In this document: piece by piece, positions 8,693 through 19,110 of the stretch
How the letters are laid out: each line of letters begins with the position of its first letter
Numbering within the stretch: the stretch's first letter is position 1
DNA from: Prevotella sp.
Lineage (GTDB): Bacteria; Bacteroidota; Bacteroidia; Bacteroidales; Bacteroidaceae
NCBI GenBank assembly: GCA_017474925.1
Contig: JAFVGN010000002.1
Span: 41,662-105,661, forward strand
DNA length: 64,000 bases
Direction of reading: 5' to 3'
The notes under the pieces: model-generated
Database searches by the model: none
What the model was told of the DNA's origin: nothing
What the model saw: the letters and a program-made list of their open reading frames with translations, nothing else
Position numbers and translations under genes: made by a program

Positions 8693-11293
8693 ATGAAGCT
8701 GAAATTCACCATACACTATCATACAGCATGGGGCGAGAGCCTTCATGTAAACATTCATTTCCATAGCTTGGACGGTGCTGTACGCCATCAGAATCTGCCG
8801 ATGCAGACAGAGGACGGAGAGCTATGGACGATGGAGACGGCTGCACTGATGAGCCGCCATCATCCCTTGTCGCATATCGTATATAACTATCAGTTGGAGG
8901 ATGGCGACGGGAAGGTTCTGCGACGTGAATGGGACATGATTCCACGTATCTATCACTTCGATGCTTCCAGGGACTATGTGTTCCCAGACGATTGGCGCGA
9001 CCGTCCGTTGCCCCTGCACTTGTATACCAACGCCTACCAGACCACCATGTACGGACAGCGTGATGAGCAGGAGAAGGTCTTGCCGCTGCCCTTGTTCCGC
9101 CGTACCATCATCTTCAGGGTGTCAGCTCCCCAGCTGAAGCCTGGTCAGGTGGTTGCCGTCTGCGGTTCGCATCCTGCCATTGGTTTGTGGAGCACCAGCC
9201 GCTATCTGAAAATGGAGTATGCAGGACAGGGCGAATGGATGCTATCCGTGAACGCCATGGGTTGGCAGCTGCCCATTGAATACAAATACGTCGTGGTGGA
9301 CGGTAAGACCCACGAACTGGTGAGCTGGGAGGAAGGTGACAACCGTATGCTGCCAGATGACGTTGCCGACGGCCAGGTGCTGGTGCTGCATGGGGGGCAT
9401 TTGCGTTTGAGCGAAGAGCTGTGGCGTGCGGCAGGAGTGGCAGTCCCTGTATTCTCCCTGCGCAGTGAGCATAGCTATGGAGTGGGGGATTTTGGCGACT
9501 TGAAGCGGATGGTTGACTGGGCTGTGGCTACAGGGATGAAGTTCATACAGACCCTGCCAGTAAACGATACGACGACAGACGGCCATTGGCACGACTCATA
9601 TCCCTATAATATAGTCAGTGTCTTTGCCCTCCATCCACATTATGTTGACCTAGAGGCTGCTGGCACACTGAAGTCGAAAACGGACATGACAAAATTCATG
9701 CGGCGGCGACAGGAACTGAATGCCCTGCCATACAGCGACTACGAAGCAGTAGGGCGCGTCAAGGAGGACTATCTGCAGGAATTGTTTGCAGAACAGGGGA
9801 CTACCGTGATGGAGCGGAAGGATTTCAAGGACTTTGTGGAGGCGAACGGAGAATGGCTGAAACCCTATGCTCACTTCCGCCAGCAGGACTATGACTACGT
9901 CTGCTATGTACAGTACTTGCTCCACATACAGCTGAAAGAGGCTGCTGACTATGCCCGTTCGAAAGGCGTCGTGCTGAAAGGCGACCTGCCAATAGGCGTC
10001 AATCGTGACAGTGTGGAGACGAGTCAGCATCCAGAACTCTTTAACCTCGACTCACAAACGGGTGCACCACCTGATGCTTTTGCCCTGCAAGGGCAGAACT
10101 GGGGCTTCCCAACGTATAATTGGTCGAAGGTGGAGGGTGAGGGACTGGAAGAGTGGTTCCAGCATCGTCTGGCCCACATGCAACAGTATTTCGACGCTTT
10201 CCGTATTGACCATATACTGGCTTTCTTCCGTGTATGGGAAATTCCTGACGATGCTGTCTACGGACTGTTGGGGCACTTCTCGCCAGCACTGCCGTTGACG
10301 GTGAATGAGATAGAATACTTCGGACTGCCTTTCCGCAAAGAGCTTTTCACACGTCCGTTTATCAACGACAGACTGGTGGAACGCTTGTTTGGCATTCATG
10401 CCCAGTATGTCCGTGAGAACTTCTTGGTGCGCAAGGCCTACGGGCTCTACGACTTGCAACCCGAATACGATACCCAGCGCAAGGTGGCTGAGCAGTTTGC
10501 TGAACGACGCGACGAGAGCAGCTTGTGGATTCGTGAGGGACTCATGCGGCTTGTCAGCAATGTGCTTTTTGTGAAAGATCCCCATCAGGCTGATATGTAT
10601 CATCCACGCATCGGTGTGACGACGGAACCCATCTTCGAAGCACTCTCGGCAGAGGAGAAAGATGCCTTTATCAGGCTCTACAACAATTATTTCTACCAGC
10701 GCCATTCCTTCTTCTGGGGACAGCAGGCTTTGCATCGTCTGCCAGCTATTCTGAAGGATTGCCGCATGCTGGTGTGTGCAGAAGACCTAGGCATGCTGCC
10801 CGATTGTGTGGAACCCGTTCTCGACGAGTTGCGCATACTGTCACTGGAGATTCAGCAGCTGCCTAAACAGCAGGGCTTTGAGTTTGCTCATCTGGATGCC
10901 AACCCCATCCGTTCAGTCTGCACTATCTCCACGCACGACATGTCGCCCTTGCGTCTGTGGTGGCAGGAGAATCCTGAACGCCGCCAGCGTTTCTATGTCA
11001 CCATGTTGCAGAAGGAAGGCAAGGCTCCTGAGCAGTTGCCTGCCCATCTGGCTGAGGAAATTGTAGCGCGACATCTCTATTGTCCTTCCATGCTGTGCAT
11101 CCTGTCGTTGCAGGACTGGCTCTCGATAGATATGCAGCTGCGTAGCAAGCATCCTCAGGACGAGCGCATCAATGTGCCAAGCGATCCATACAACCGCTGG
11201 CAATACAGGATGCACCTGACCATTGAGGAGCTTCTGCAGGCTACGAAGTATAATAATAAGGTACGCACAATGATTCAACGCAGCAAACGTTGA
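8693..11293 (+). CDS. malQ: 4-alpha-glucanotransferase (GH77, DPE2-like, N-terminal CBM20 domains)
   Basis: LKGDLPIGV, GAPPD, QNWGFPTY, FRIDHILAFFR, AEDLG, STHD. ATG 8693 lies downstream of the promoter. Confidence 0.93.
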   Translation: MKLKFTIHYHTAWGESLHVNIHFHSLDGAVRHQNLPMQTEDGELWTMETAALMSRHHPLSHIVYNYQLEDGDGKVLRREWDMIPRIYHFDASRDYVFPDDWRDRPLPLHLYTNAYQTTMYGQRDEQEKVLPLPLFRRTIIFRVSAPQLKPGQVVAVCGSHPAIGLWSTSRYLKMEYAGQGEWMLSVNAMGWQLPIEYKYVVVDGKTHELVSWEEGDNRMLPDDVADGQVLVLHGGHLRLSEELWRAAGVAVPVFSLRSEHSYGVGDFGDLKRMVDWAVATGMKFIQTLPVNDTTTDGHWHDSYPYNIVSVFALHPHYVDLEAAGTLKSKTDMTKFMRRRQELNALPYSDYEAVGRVKEDYLQELFAEQGTTVMERKDFKDFVEANGEWLKPYAHFRQQDYDYVCYVQYLLHIQLKEAADYARSKGVVLKGDLPIGVNRDSVETSQHPELFNLDSQTGAPPDAFALQGQNWGFPTYNWSKVEGEGLEEWFQHRLAHMQQYFDAFRIDHILAFFRVWEIPDDAVYGLLGHFSPALPLTVNEIEYFGLPFRKELFTRPFINDRLVERLFGIHAQYVRENFLVRKAYGLYDLQPEYDTQRKVAEQFAERRDESSLWIREGLMRLVSNVLFVKDPHQADMYHPRIGVTTEPIFEALSAEEKDAFIRLYNNYFYQRHSFFWGQQALHRLPAILKDCRMLVCAEDLGMLPDCVEPVLDELRILSLEIQQLPKQQGFEFAHLDANPIRSVCTISTHDMSPLRLWWQENPERRQRFYVTMLQKEGKAPEQLPAHLAEEIVARHLYCPSMLCILSLQDWLSIDMQLRSKHPQDERINVPSDPYNRWQYRMHLTIEELLQATKYNNKVRTMIQRSKR

Positions 11294-11320
11294 CAATGCC
11301 ATCTAAGTCATCAGGTTCGT

Positions 11321-12007
11321 ATGTCCTTTCAGACCTATATCTTCGACCTTGACGGTACTTTGCTCGATACGTTGCAGGATCTGGCTGATGCCGTCAACTA
11401 TGCTATGCGCCAGTTTGGTATGCCCCAACACCCTATAGATGACGTCAGGCGATTTGTGGGGAACGGAGTGCGAACGCTCATGTTGCGTGCTGTGCCTGGA
11501 GGTGCTGAGCATCCGCAGTTCGAAGCAGCTTTTGCGGCATTCCGCCAATACTATATGCAGCATTCGCTGGATACTACCAGGCCATACGAGGGGATTCCTG
11601 AGCTACTTGGTGAATTGAAACGACGAGAATGCCGCATGGCTGTGGTCAGCAATAAGATGATGGCGGCTACTCAGGAGCTAGTTGCCCACTTTTTCCCTGA
11701 GATAGAGGTGGCGATAGGAGAACATGAGGCGGCAGGTATCCGTAAAAAGCCTGCTCCTGACACTGTCTATGAGGCTCTGCGACAATTGGGGTGTGCTGAC
11801 AAGTCTCACGGTTGTAGAGAGGCTGCGGACAGGTTGGACTGCCATACAGCCGTCTATGTAGGCGACAGCGATGTCGACATAGAGACAGCGCGCAACAGCG
11901 GCTTGCCTTGCATCAGCGTGTTATGGGGATTCCGTAACCGCGACTTCCTGCTACAGCATGGAGCCACAACGTGTATCGCTCATCCTTTGGAATTACTGGA
12001 TTTTTAG
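11321..12007 (+). CDS. HAD family hydrolase (phosphoglycolate phosphatase-like)
   Basis: FDLDGTL, VVSNK, KKPAP, YVGDSDVD. Confidence 0.9.
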   Translation: MSFQTYIFDLDGTLLDTLQDLADAVNYAMRQFGMPQHPIDDVRRFVGNGVRTLMLRAVPGGAEHPQFEAAFAAFRQYYMQHSLDTTRPYEGIPELLGELKRRECRMAVVSNKMMAATQELVAHFFPEIEVAIGEHEAAGIRKKPAPDTVYEALRQLGCADKSHGCREAADRLDCHTAVYVGDSDVDIETARNSGLPCISVLWGFRNRDFLLQHGATTCIAHPLELLDF

Positions 12008-12022
12008 AAGGATGGGCGGACG

Positions 12023-13249
12023 CTATTTCCTGATTTTCTTCTTCAACTTACCAATGGCATGTTCCAGGCTTTCCGTGGGCTCTATGATGTTGTAGTCTGC
12101 CCAGAAGTTTGGATCGTCAAAGTATTCCACTCTGTCATAGAAACGTTCACGGAGACCAAACGACGAACGTCCACGAGGACGCTTGGCAGCGTGCCCCTGC
12201 TGGAGACGGTCTGTAACGACCATTTCGCTGATAGCAGTAAAGGACGAGGAAAACAGGTGTCGTTTCCAATCACAATTGAAACGCATTTCGTTACGCATGT
12301 AGCTCATACGGGTAACCCCTTGGGCATCCGTTTCATAGACAACGGTCACACTGAGCTCTTTTGGGCGGAATCGCAGTCCAAAGGGCTTGCGAACCAGCAT
12401 ATAGTCAGAAGCCCGTCGCCAGTCGCTGACATCCAACTGCAGCTCAGCTCTGGTAATGGCCAGCGTCTCCTGATCGATGTAGAGCAGTCCGCCCATCAGT
12501 GGGAAAACGGTGATGGGCTGGGGAATCATGCTGATGACATAGTGCAGACGGTCGTTAATCATGGTACCCTTTTCCATGTGGTAGTCGTAGTAGGACAGCA
12601 TTTCTGGATTCAGCACGTATTCGCAGTTCTTGGCCACGTCGACCATCAAGGGCATAACAGGACCTCCTTGTATCTTGACGCCCAAAGTGTCGTTGGCTTT
12701 CATGCTCATCAGACGGCGTCCCTTCAGGATGGCTACGGCATCTCTGTCAGGGCCTAAGCTGTAATCGCTCTTATACATATCCGTCACAGCCTCTGCTATA
12801 GAAATGAAACGCGAACCTCGACGGGCTGTCTCGCGATAGAAGCAGCGCAATAGCTCGGGCTCCTTGGAGTAATTGGTGGAGATGCGGCTCATGGCGGCTT
12901 TGATGATGGATAGTGGGTCGTCAGCCATAACAACAATTTCGCCCAGTGCCACAGTACTTCTCTGCATGTCAATCACCAAATCCGTCATATTGTCGTGGCT
13001 CAACTGCTGGCGGCGTGTCTTGTAGCCGATATGGCTTAATTGGATATAGCGTGGCAGCTGGGCTACTTTTAGGGTAAATCTGCCGTCATCGTTGGTAACT
13101 GTATGAATATCCGTCCCCTCTGCTGCTACGCTGACATGGGCCAAAGGATGTCCGGTCTTGCGGTCTTTCACCAAACCGCTCACAACTGATTGTGCATTCA
13201 AAACCAGCACAAGCAGCAATGTTGTCATTGTTGATAATAATCTTTTCAT
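12023..13249 (-). CDS. Secreted protein with an N-terminal carboxypeptidase-like regulatory domain
   Basis: Signal peptide; SGLVKD..TG.PL..V.V....T.TN.DG.F.L...SHIGY; C-terminal FWADYNIIEP. Confidence 0.8.
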   Translation of the reverse strand: MKRLLSTMTTLLLVLVLNAQSVVSGLVKDRKTGHPLAHVSVAAEGTDIHTVTNDDGRFTLKVAQLPRYIQLSHIGYKTRRQQLSHDNMTDLVIDMQRSTVALGEIVVMADDPLSIIKAAMSRISTNYSKEPELLRCFYRETARRGSRFISIAEAVTDMYKSDYSLGPDRDAVAILKGRRLMSMKANDTLGVKIQGGPVMPLMVDVAKNCEYVLNPEMLSYYDYHMEKGTMINDRLHYVISMIPQPITVFPLMGGLLYIDQETLAITRAELQLDVSDWRRASDYMLVRKPFGLRFRPKELSVTVVYETDAQGVTRMSYMRNEMRFNCDWKRHLFSSSFTAISEMVVTDRLQQGHAAKRPRGRSSFGLRERFYDRVEYFDDPNFWADYNIIEPTESLEHAIGKLKKKIRK

Positions 13250-13446
13250 AGTCGTATCCAGTTAGTCTCTTTTGCAAAGATACTCAAAAATAGCTGAATC
13301 TATATCAAAGAATCGAGAAAGTTGAAAAAAATACTCATTAATTAACAGATGTGAATTACTATTAACTTCTCCTACGTCTTTTTCAGGTTTCATTTTTTTT
13401 GTATACCTTTGCCGAGAATTATTAATATTAGACAAAGAAAGAAAAA

Positions 13447-13686
13447 ATGGGAATTATCGGATCTATCATCATCGGATGTCTGGCAGGCTTTTGTGCTGGC
13501 AAGTTAATGAAGGGTGGCGGTTTCGGATTTATCATGAACCTCATTCTGGGACTTTTTGGAGGCCTTGTGGGCGGATGGCTCTTTGAGATGTTGGGCATTG
13601 CGTGGGGAGGCATCCTTGGTCAGTTAGGTACGGCTATCATTGGTGCTGTAGCCATTCTCTGGATAGCATCGCTTATCAAGAAATAG
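13447..13686 (+). CDS. GlsB/YeaQ/YmgE family stress-response membrane protein
   Basis: Gly-rich three-TM pattern IIIG.LAG..AG..MKG.G.G...N.ILG..G. -7 box at 13404-13411. Confidence 0.9.
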   Translation: MGIIGSIIIGCLAGFCAGKLMKGGGFGFIMNLILGLFGGLVGGWLFEMLGIAWGGILGQLGTAIIGAVAILWIASLIKK

Positions 13687-13689
13687 CCT

Positions 13690-14250
13690 GTGAGGCATTA
13701 TTCTCTTCTTGTTCTGGCAGTATGGCTTGTGGTAATAAATGCTACAGGCCAGCCTTCAGGTGTTTCGCTGGATACACTGAGGGTACGTCATATGGGATTT
13801 GACGGCAAGGAACATGAAGGTATCATTGTCTGCAATAAGTCCATCAGCAGGGACCTAAGCGAGATCTTTTCAGAACTTTTCAAAGCGAAATACCCCATAG
13901 AGCGCATCCGTCCCATCTCAGAATATGACGATGACGACGAGCGTTCCATGCAGGCCAACAACACATCATGCTATTGCTATCGTCCCATTGAGGGCAGCAC
14001 GAAGTTGTCGAACCACGCCCGTGGCCTGGCCATTGACATAAACCCGCTCTATAATCCTTGTGTACGTAGGAAGCGGGATGGAACACTGATTGTCCAGCCT
14101 GCAACAGGAAAGCCTTATGTGGACCGTTCGAAGAAGTTCAAATACAAAATCACCCAGAACGACCTGTGTTATCGGCTTTTTGTCGCACATGGCTTCAAAT
14201 GGGGAGGAAAATGGAAGAGTCTGAAGGATTATCAGCACTTTGAAAAATAA
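13690..14250 (+). CDS. M15 family metallopeptidase (D-Ala-D-Ala carboxypeptidase-like)
   Basis: SNHARGLAIDINP, WGGKW, DYQHFE. Confidence 0.88.
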   Translation: MRHYSLLVLAVWLVVINATGQPSGVSLDTLRVRHMGFDGKEHEGIIVCNKSISRDLSEIFSELFKAKYPIERIRPISEYDDDDERSMQANNTSCYCYRPIEGSTKLSNHARGLAIDINPLYNPCVRRKRDGTLIVQPATGKPYVDRSKKFKYKITQNDLCYRLFVAHGFKWGGKWKSLKDYQHFEK

Positions 14251-14291
14251 AAGAAATCGGAGCTTACTTCATAGTAGCCCCGATTCTTTTT
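14251..14291. terminator. Probable bidirectional intrinsic terminator
   Basis: Imperfect AATCGG..CCGATT stem flanked by A and T runs, between convergent genes. Confidence 0.6.
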
Positions 14292-14306
14292 GCTCTCTAT
14301 TAATTC

Positions 14307-16535
14307 TTAACGGATAAACAACAGTTCGCGATACTTGGGCAGTGTCCATAGACCATCCTCGACAATCATCTCTAATGCGTCAATCTCTTTGCGGATGCTC
14401 TCCATATGAGGGCAGACGGTGTCGTGGTAGGCAATGGCACGGTGGTGGATGTCGATGATGCGGTTGGCTATGCGACGGGCATCAGTCAGCTCCTCTACCA
14501 AACGCTCAATCTTTTCCGTGCGTTCGGCAATCTCCTCGATGAGTTTCATGTTACGGGCAGACAGACGTGTTGCTTTGTCTGCAGAGAAGACATCCTTCAT
14601 GCCCTGAACGTTCTTGATGAGCTGGGACTGGTAGTGGGTGGAAACAGGAATAATGTGATTCATGGCCAGATCGCCCAGTACACGGGCCTCTATCTGCACA
14701 GTCTTGACGTACATTTCCCACTTTACCTCGTTGCGGGCCTCCAATTCTTTACGGTTCATGACCTTTGTAGACTCGAACATTTTGACACTGTTGTCGTCGA
14801 GGTAGTGTTCGAAGATGACAGGACAGGATTTCTCTACGTCCAAACCGCGCTTCTCTGCTTCCTTCACCCATTCGTCGCTGTAGCCGTTTCCATCGAATCG
14901 GATAGGCTTGCAGGTCTTGATGTCATCGCGCAGGACATCAAGAATGGCGTGATATTTAGCAGTATGGCCAGAGCCAGATGCGAAGATCGTGTTCTGCGAA
15001 TACTCCTCGATCTTCTTGTCCACACGCTCCTTGAAGCTGTTCAGTGCTTCGGCCATAGCAGCATTCAGCGCTATCAAGGCTGAAGCGCAGTTTACGCTGG
15101 AGCCTGGGGCACGGAACTCGAAACGGTTACCCGTGAAGGCAAAAGGGCTTGTCCTGTTTCTGTCTGTATTGTCGACAATGAGTTCTGGAATCTGAGGAAT
15201 GTCAATCTCCATACCCTGCTTGCCCTTCAGATTGAAAAGCTCGTTCTTGTCTGATTGCTCAATGTGGTCTAACAGTTCTGTAAGCTGGGTACCTAGGAAA
15301 GACGAAATGATGGCAGGGGGAGCCTCGTTGCCTCCAAGACGATGGGCATTTGTTGCCGACATGATACTGGCTTTCAGCAGTCCATTATGACGATAAACGG
15401 CCATCAGTGTCTCAACGATGAAAGTAACAAAGCGCAGGTTCTCTTCTGGGGTTTTGCCTGGGGCATGAAGCAGGACACCATTGTCGGCACTAAGGCTCCA
15501 GTTGTTGTGCTTGCCGGAACCATTGATACCGTCAAACGGCTTTTCGTGCAGCAGTACGCGGAAACCGTGATTGCGTGCAACTTTCTTCATCAGCGACATC
15601 AGGAGCATGTTATGGTCAACGGCTAAGTTGCACTCTTCATAAATGGGAGCCAGTTCAAACTGGTTTGGAGCTACCTCGTTATGGCGTGTCTTGACAGGAA
15701 TAGCCAACTCAAGGGCTTGAATCTCCAGGTCTTTCATGAAGGCTTGAACACGGTCAGGAATGGTACCGAAGTAGTGGTCGTCCATTTGCTGGTTCTTGGC
15801 ACTTTCGTGCCCCATCAGCGTTCGTCCCGTCATCAATAGGTCAGGACGTGCCGAATACAGACCCTCGTCGACCAGGAAATACTCTTGTTCCCAACCTAAA
15901 TTGACTTGTACCTTCTGCACGTCGTCATAAAAATACTGACAAACCTCTTTGGCAGCATTGCCTACGGCATGAAGGGCACGCAACAGGGGAGCCTTGTAGT
16001 CGAGGGCTTCGCCTGTATAAGCGATGAAAATAGTGGGAATACACAATGTATCGTCAATGATAAACACTGGGCTTGTAGGGTCCCAGGCTGAGTAACCGCG
16101 TGCCTCGAAAGTATTGCGGATGCCGCCGTTGGGGAACGATGATGCGTCAGGTTCCTGCTGAACAAGCAGCTTGCCAGAGAACTTTTCTATCATGCCGCCC
16201 TTGCCGTCATGTTCTACGAAGGCATCGTGTTTCTCAGCGGTACCCTCTGTCAGGGGCTGGAACCAGTGAGTATAGTGCGTGACCCCCATCTCCATGGCCC
16301 ATTGCTTCATGCCTGCGGCCACCGCATCGGCTATCGAACGGTCAAGACGTGCGCCATTGTCCATTACGTCAATCATCTTGTCGTAGATGTCCTTGGGCAG
16401 GTATTTATACATCTTCTGGCGATTGAACACATACTTGCCAAAATACTCCGACGGACGTTCTGAGGGGGTCTGGACGTCAATTGCACGCTTTTTGAAAGCC
16501 TCCTCTACAACCTGAAATCTTAAATTGTTTGCCAT
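14307..16535 (-). CDS. glnN: Glutamine synthetase type III
   Basis: 742 aa; THYTHWFQPLT, AEKHD, EPDASSFP, HNEVAPNQFE, DRNRTSPFAFTGNRFEFR. Confidence 0.95.
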   Translation of the reverse strand: MANNLRFQVVEEAFKKRAIDVQTPSERPSEYFGKYVFNRQKMYKYLPKDIYDKMIDVMDNGARLDRSIADAVAAGMKQWAMEMGVTHYTHWFQPLTEGTAEKHDAFVEHDGKGGMIEKFSGKLLVQQEPDASSFPNGGIRNTFEARGYSAWDPTSPVFIIDDTLCIPTIFIAYTGEALDYKAPLLRALHAVGNAAKEVCQYFYDDVQKVQVNLGWEQEYFLVDEGLYSARPDLLMTGRTLMGHESAKNQQMDDHYFGTIPDRVQAFMKDLEIQALELAIPVKTRHNEVAPNQFELAPIYEECNLAVDHNMLLMSLMKKVARNHGFRVLLHEKPFDGINGSGKHNNWSLSADNGVLLHAPGKTPEENLRFVTFIVETLMAVYRHNGLLKASIMSATNAHRLGGNEAPPAIISSFLGTQLTELLDHIEQSDKNELFNLKGKQGMEIDIPQIPELIVDNTDRNRTSPFAFTGNRFEFRAPGSSVNCASALIALNAAMAEALNSFKERVDKKIEEYSQNTIFASGSGHTAKYHAILDVLRDDIKTCKPIRFDGNGYSDEWVKEAEKRGLDVEKSCPVIFEHYLDDNSVKMFESTKVMNRKELEARNEVKWEMYVKTVQIEARVLGDLAMNHIIPVSTHYQSQLIKNVQGMKDVFSADKATRLSARNMKLIEEIAERTEKIERLVEELTDARRIANRIIDIHHRAIAYHDTVCPHMESIRKEIDALEMIVEDGLWTLPKYRELLFIR

Positions 16536-16556
16536 ATGATCTTTGTCGTGTCTGTT

Positions 16557-17432
16557 TTAATCGATATACCTTAATAAAATGTTGGAATACTGGTCGATGC
16601 GACGGTCGCGCAAAAACGGCCACCAGCGCCGCACCTGCTCGCTACGTTTCAGGTCGACGTCAATGACGGCACAGTCTTCTTCTGCTGCTGAAGACTCATG
16701 GTACAGCTCGCCCTGTGGTCCGCAAACAAACGATGAACCCCAGAACTGGATGCCGTTCGTCTGATGGCTGGGGTCTGGCTCGTAACCTACGCGGTTGACA
16801 GTGACCACTGGAAGTCCGTTGGCTACGGCATGTCCACGCTGGACAGTTTGCCAAGCAGAACGCTGTCGTTGTTGTTCCTCTGGTGTGTCGCTGCTTTCGT
16901 AGCCAATGGCTGTCGGATAGACGAGCAGTTCAGCACCTTGCAGAGCCATCAGCCGTGCAGCCTCAGGATACCACTGATCCCAGCACACTAAGACGCCAAG
17001 CTTGCCTAATGACGTGTGGATGGGGCGAAATCCCATGTCACCAGGGGTGAAGTAGAATTTCTCGTAATAGGCAGGATCGTCAGGAATATGCATTTTGCGA
17101 TACATACCTGCAATAGTGCCGTCTTTTTCTATCACTACTGCCGTATTGTGATACAGACCTGAAGTACGCCGTTCAAAGAGTGATGTGACGATGACCACTC
17201 CAAGTTGTCTGGCCAGCAGGCCGTAGAACTCAGTAGAAGGACCAGGAATCGGTTCTGCCTGGTCAAACTGGTTGACGTCCTCTGTCTGGCAGAAATACAG
17301 ACCGTTGTGGAGCTCTTGTAATACAATCAGCTCAGCGCCTTGTTTTGCCAGCTGGCTTATCTTTTCAGCCAGTCTCTGCTTGTTATCCTCACGATTGGCA
17401 GTATTATGTTGTTGGATGATGCCTATCTTCAT
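16557..17432 (-). CDS. aguB: N-carbamoylputrescine amidase (carbon-nitrogen hydrolase)
   Basis: Nitrilase triad E (LQEL), K (YRKMHIP), C (VCWDQWYPE); linked to aguA. Confidence 0.9.
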   Translation of the reverse strand: MKIGIIQQHNTANREDNKQRLAEKISQLAKQGAELIVLQELHNGLYFCQTEDVNQFDQAEPIPGPSTEFYGLLARQLGVVIVTSLFERRTSGLYHNTAVVIEKDGTIAGMYRKMHIPDDPAYYEKFYFTPGDMGFRPIHTSLGKLGVLVCWDQWYPEAARLMALQGAELLVYPTAIGYESSDTPEEQQRQRSAWQTVQRGHAVANGLPVVTVNRVGYEPDPSHQTNGIQFWGSSFVCGPQGELYHESSAAEEDCAVIDVDLKRSEQVRRWWPFLRDRRIDQYSNILLRYID

Positions 17433-17494
17433 AAGATATTTGATTTGTATTTGACTTTTTTGTTAATGGTGTTGTTAAAAGTATATTCCTCTAT

Positions 17495-18118
17495 TCAACT
17501 TTGTTCCTTAGGGGTGAAGATGAGTGTCCAACGGTAGAGGTTGCAACCTACGAAATTGCCAAGGACCTCAGAGAGATAGACACCAAGTACAGGGAGCTTT
17601 AGAAGCTGGTCGGAAGGTGATACGAGGAAATAGAAGGCGTCTGCGATGGAATGGGCAAAGCCGCAGAGGATGAATACAGGAACGCCAAGGATCAGCGGTA
17701 GCATTTTGCCTTTGCGGGCAAATTCGACAGCAGTGGTCATGATGAATCCACAACCGATGGCTAACAGAAAACAGGCCCACGGCCCTTTCGTCAGACGTCC
17801 TGCCAGAATGTTCGCTGCAGGCTCAATGCAATCGGGTTGCGCATAGCCTATCATCCAGGCTGACATCAAACAGCCCACAATGTTGCCCAAGAGCACTACG
17901 CAAAGCATGGACCAGTCGCCATGTTTTCGTATGAAACCTGCTGTGCCAGTGTATAGCTTAAGTCCGTAATAGACTACGGTGGTCAGTCCAAAGGCAAAGA
18001 GTACGGCACCTGCAACGCCGCCCACACGTAGATTGACCACGCAGCCGATAGAAATGCAGATGCCAGCAAGTATGGCAAGTGGGAACGTTTCACATAGCAT
18101 TTTTTTCATTGTCGTCAT
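17495..18118 (-). CDS. Short formate/nitrite transporter family channel
   Basis: ILAGICISIG, LYTG, LGNIVG, AIGCG, FILCGFAHSIAD, LGNFVG. Confidence 0.8.
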   Translation of the reverse strand: MTTMKKMLCETFPLAILAGICISIGCVVNLRVGGVAGAVLFAFGLTTVVYYGLKLYTGTAGFIRKHGDWSMLCVVLLGNIVGCLMSAWMIGYAQPDCIEPAANILAGRLTKGPWACFLLAIGCGFIMTTAVEFARKGKMLPLILGVPVFILCGFAHSIADAFYFLVSPSDQLLKLPVLGVYLSEVLGNFVGCNLYRWTLIFTPKEQS

Positions 18119-18136
18119 GTCTTACAGATAAAACGA

Positions 18137-19105
18137 TTAATAGTATTGCATGGTGCAGCAATGTAGACTTCCGTGCTGACGGATGACGTGAAGGCAGTCA
18201 ATGCCTACGATTTCTCTGTCAGGGTAAGCCTGGCCAACAATGTTCATGGCTTTCTTGTCTAGGTCTGGCTGGCCATAGGTTGGCACCAGTACTGCACCGT
18301 TGATGACCAGATAGTTGGCATAGGTGGCAGGCAGTCGATTGCCACATCCTTCATGATTTATTTCTCCTTGCTCGTTCTCATAGATAGGACGGGGCAGAGG
18401 CAGTTTCAACAGACGGTAAGGCTGCCCGTCAATAGTCCGCAAGTCTTGAAGCTCGCGCTCCATGTCAAGCAAGTCTGGATGGTCATTGTCACCTCCTGTA
18501 TATAATAAGGTGTCGTCAGGGCATATGCGGACCAGCGTGTCGATGTGTCCGTCGGTGTCGTCACCAATAAGGCTTCCGTGGTGGAGCCATACAATGCGTT
18601 CAGCCCCTAACCAAAGCTTCAGTCGCTCTTCTATTTCATCCTGCGTCAGGGGTTGGTTGCGGTGCGGAGCCATCAGACAGCAGCGGGTTGTGAAGATAGT
18701 TCCCTTGCCGTCACTCTCAATAGATCCGCCTTCAAGCACAAAATCAAGGTGTGGTTCGTAGATTCCTTTTATCAGACCTTGTTGGTAAATGTGGAAGTTG
18801 ATCTGGTTGTCCAGTTCGGCAGGAAATTTATCGCCCCAGCCGTTAAAACAGAAGTCGAGCAGCAGTATTTGTCCGTTTTCCTCAACCGAGATGAACCCGT
18901 GGTCGCGGGCCCAAGTGTCGTTATGGGGGATGTCCTCGACCACTAATAACGGCTCCCGCTTTTCTATCTCACGTTTCATCTCCTCATATACGGCTGTTAT
19001 TTCCTCAAGAATAGGAGCCCAGTCAGTCAGAGCATGCGGCCACGTCAGCTGCACACAGCTCTGAGGTTCCCATTCGGCCATCATGCGCCTTTTTTTCATG
19101 TTCAT
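18137..19105 (-). CDS. aguA: Agmatine deiminase
   Basis: AEWEP, DTWARDHG, EGGSIESDG, DDTDGHID, ATYANY, GSLHC. Confidence 0.92.
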   Translation of the reverse strand: MNMKKRRMMAEWEPQSCVQLTWPHALTDWAPILEEITAVYEEMKREIEKREPLLVVEDIPHNDTWARDHGFISVEENGQILLLDFCFNGWGDKFPAELDNQINFHIYQQGLIKGIYEPHLDFVLEGGSIESDGKGTIFTTRCCLMAPHRNQPLTQDEIEERLKLWLGAERIVWLHHGSLIGDDTDGHIDTLVRICPDDTLLYTGGDNDHPDLLDMERELQDLRTIDGQPYRLLKLPLPRPIYENEQGEINHEGCGNRLPATYANYLVINGAVLVPTYGQPDLDKKAMNIVGQAYPDREIVGIDCLHVIRQHGSLHCCTMQYY

Positions 19106-19110
19106 GGCTG

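Noticed and set aside
11790-11848. Cys/His-containing insert (CADKSHGCREAADRLDCH) in the HAD hydrolase
   Set aside because: Short, in a variable loop, and without a clear metal-binding spacing; no function can be supported.
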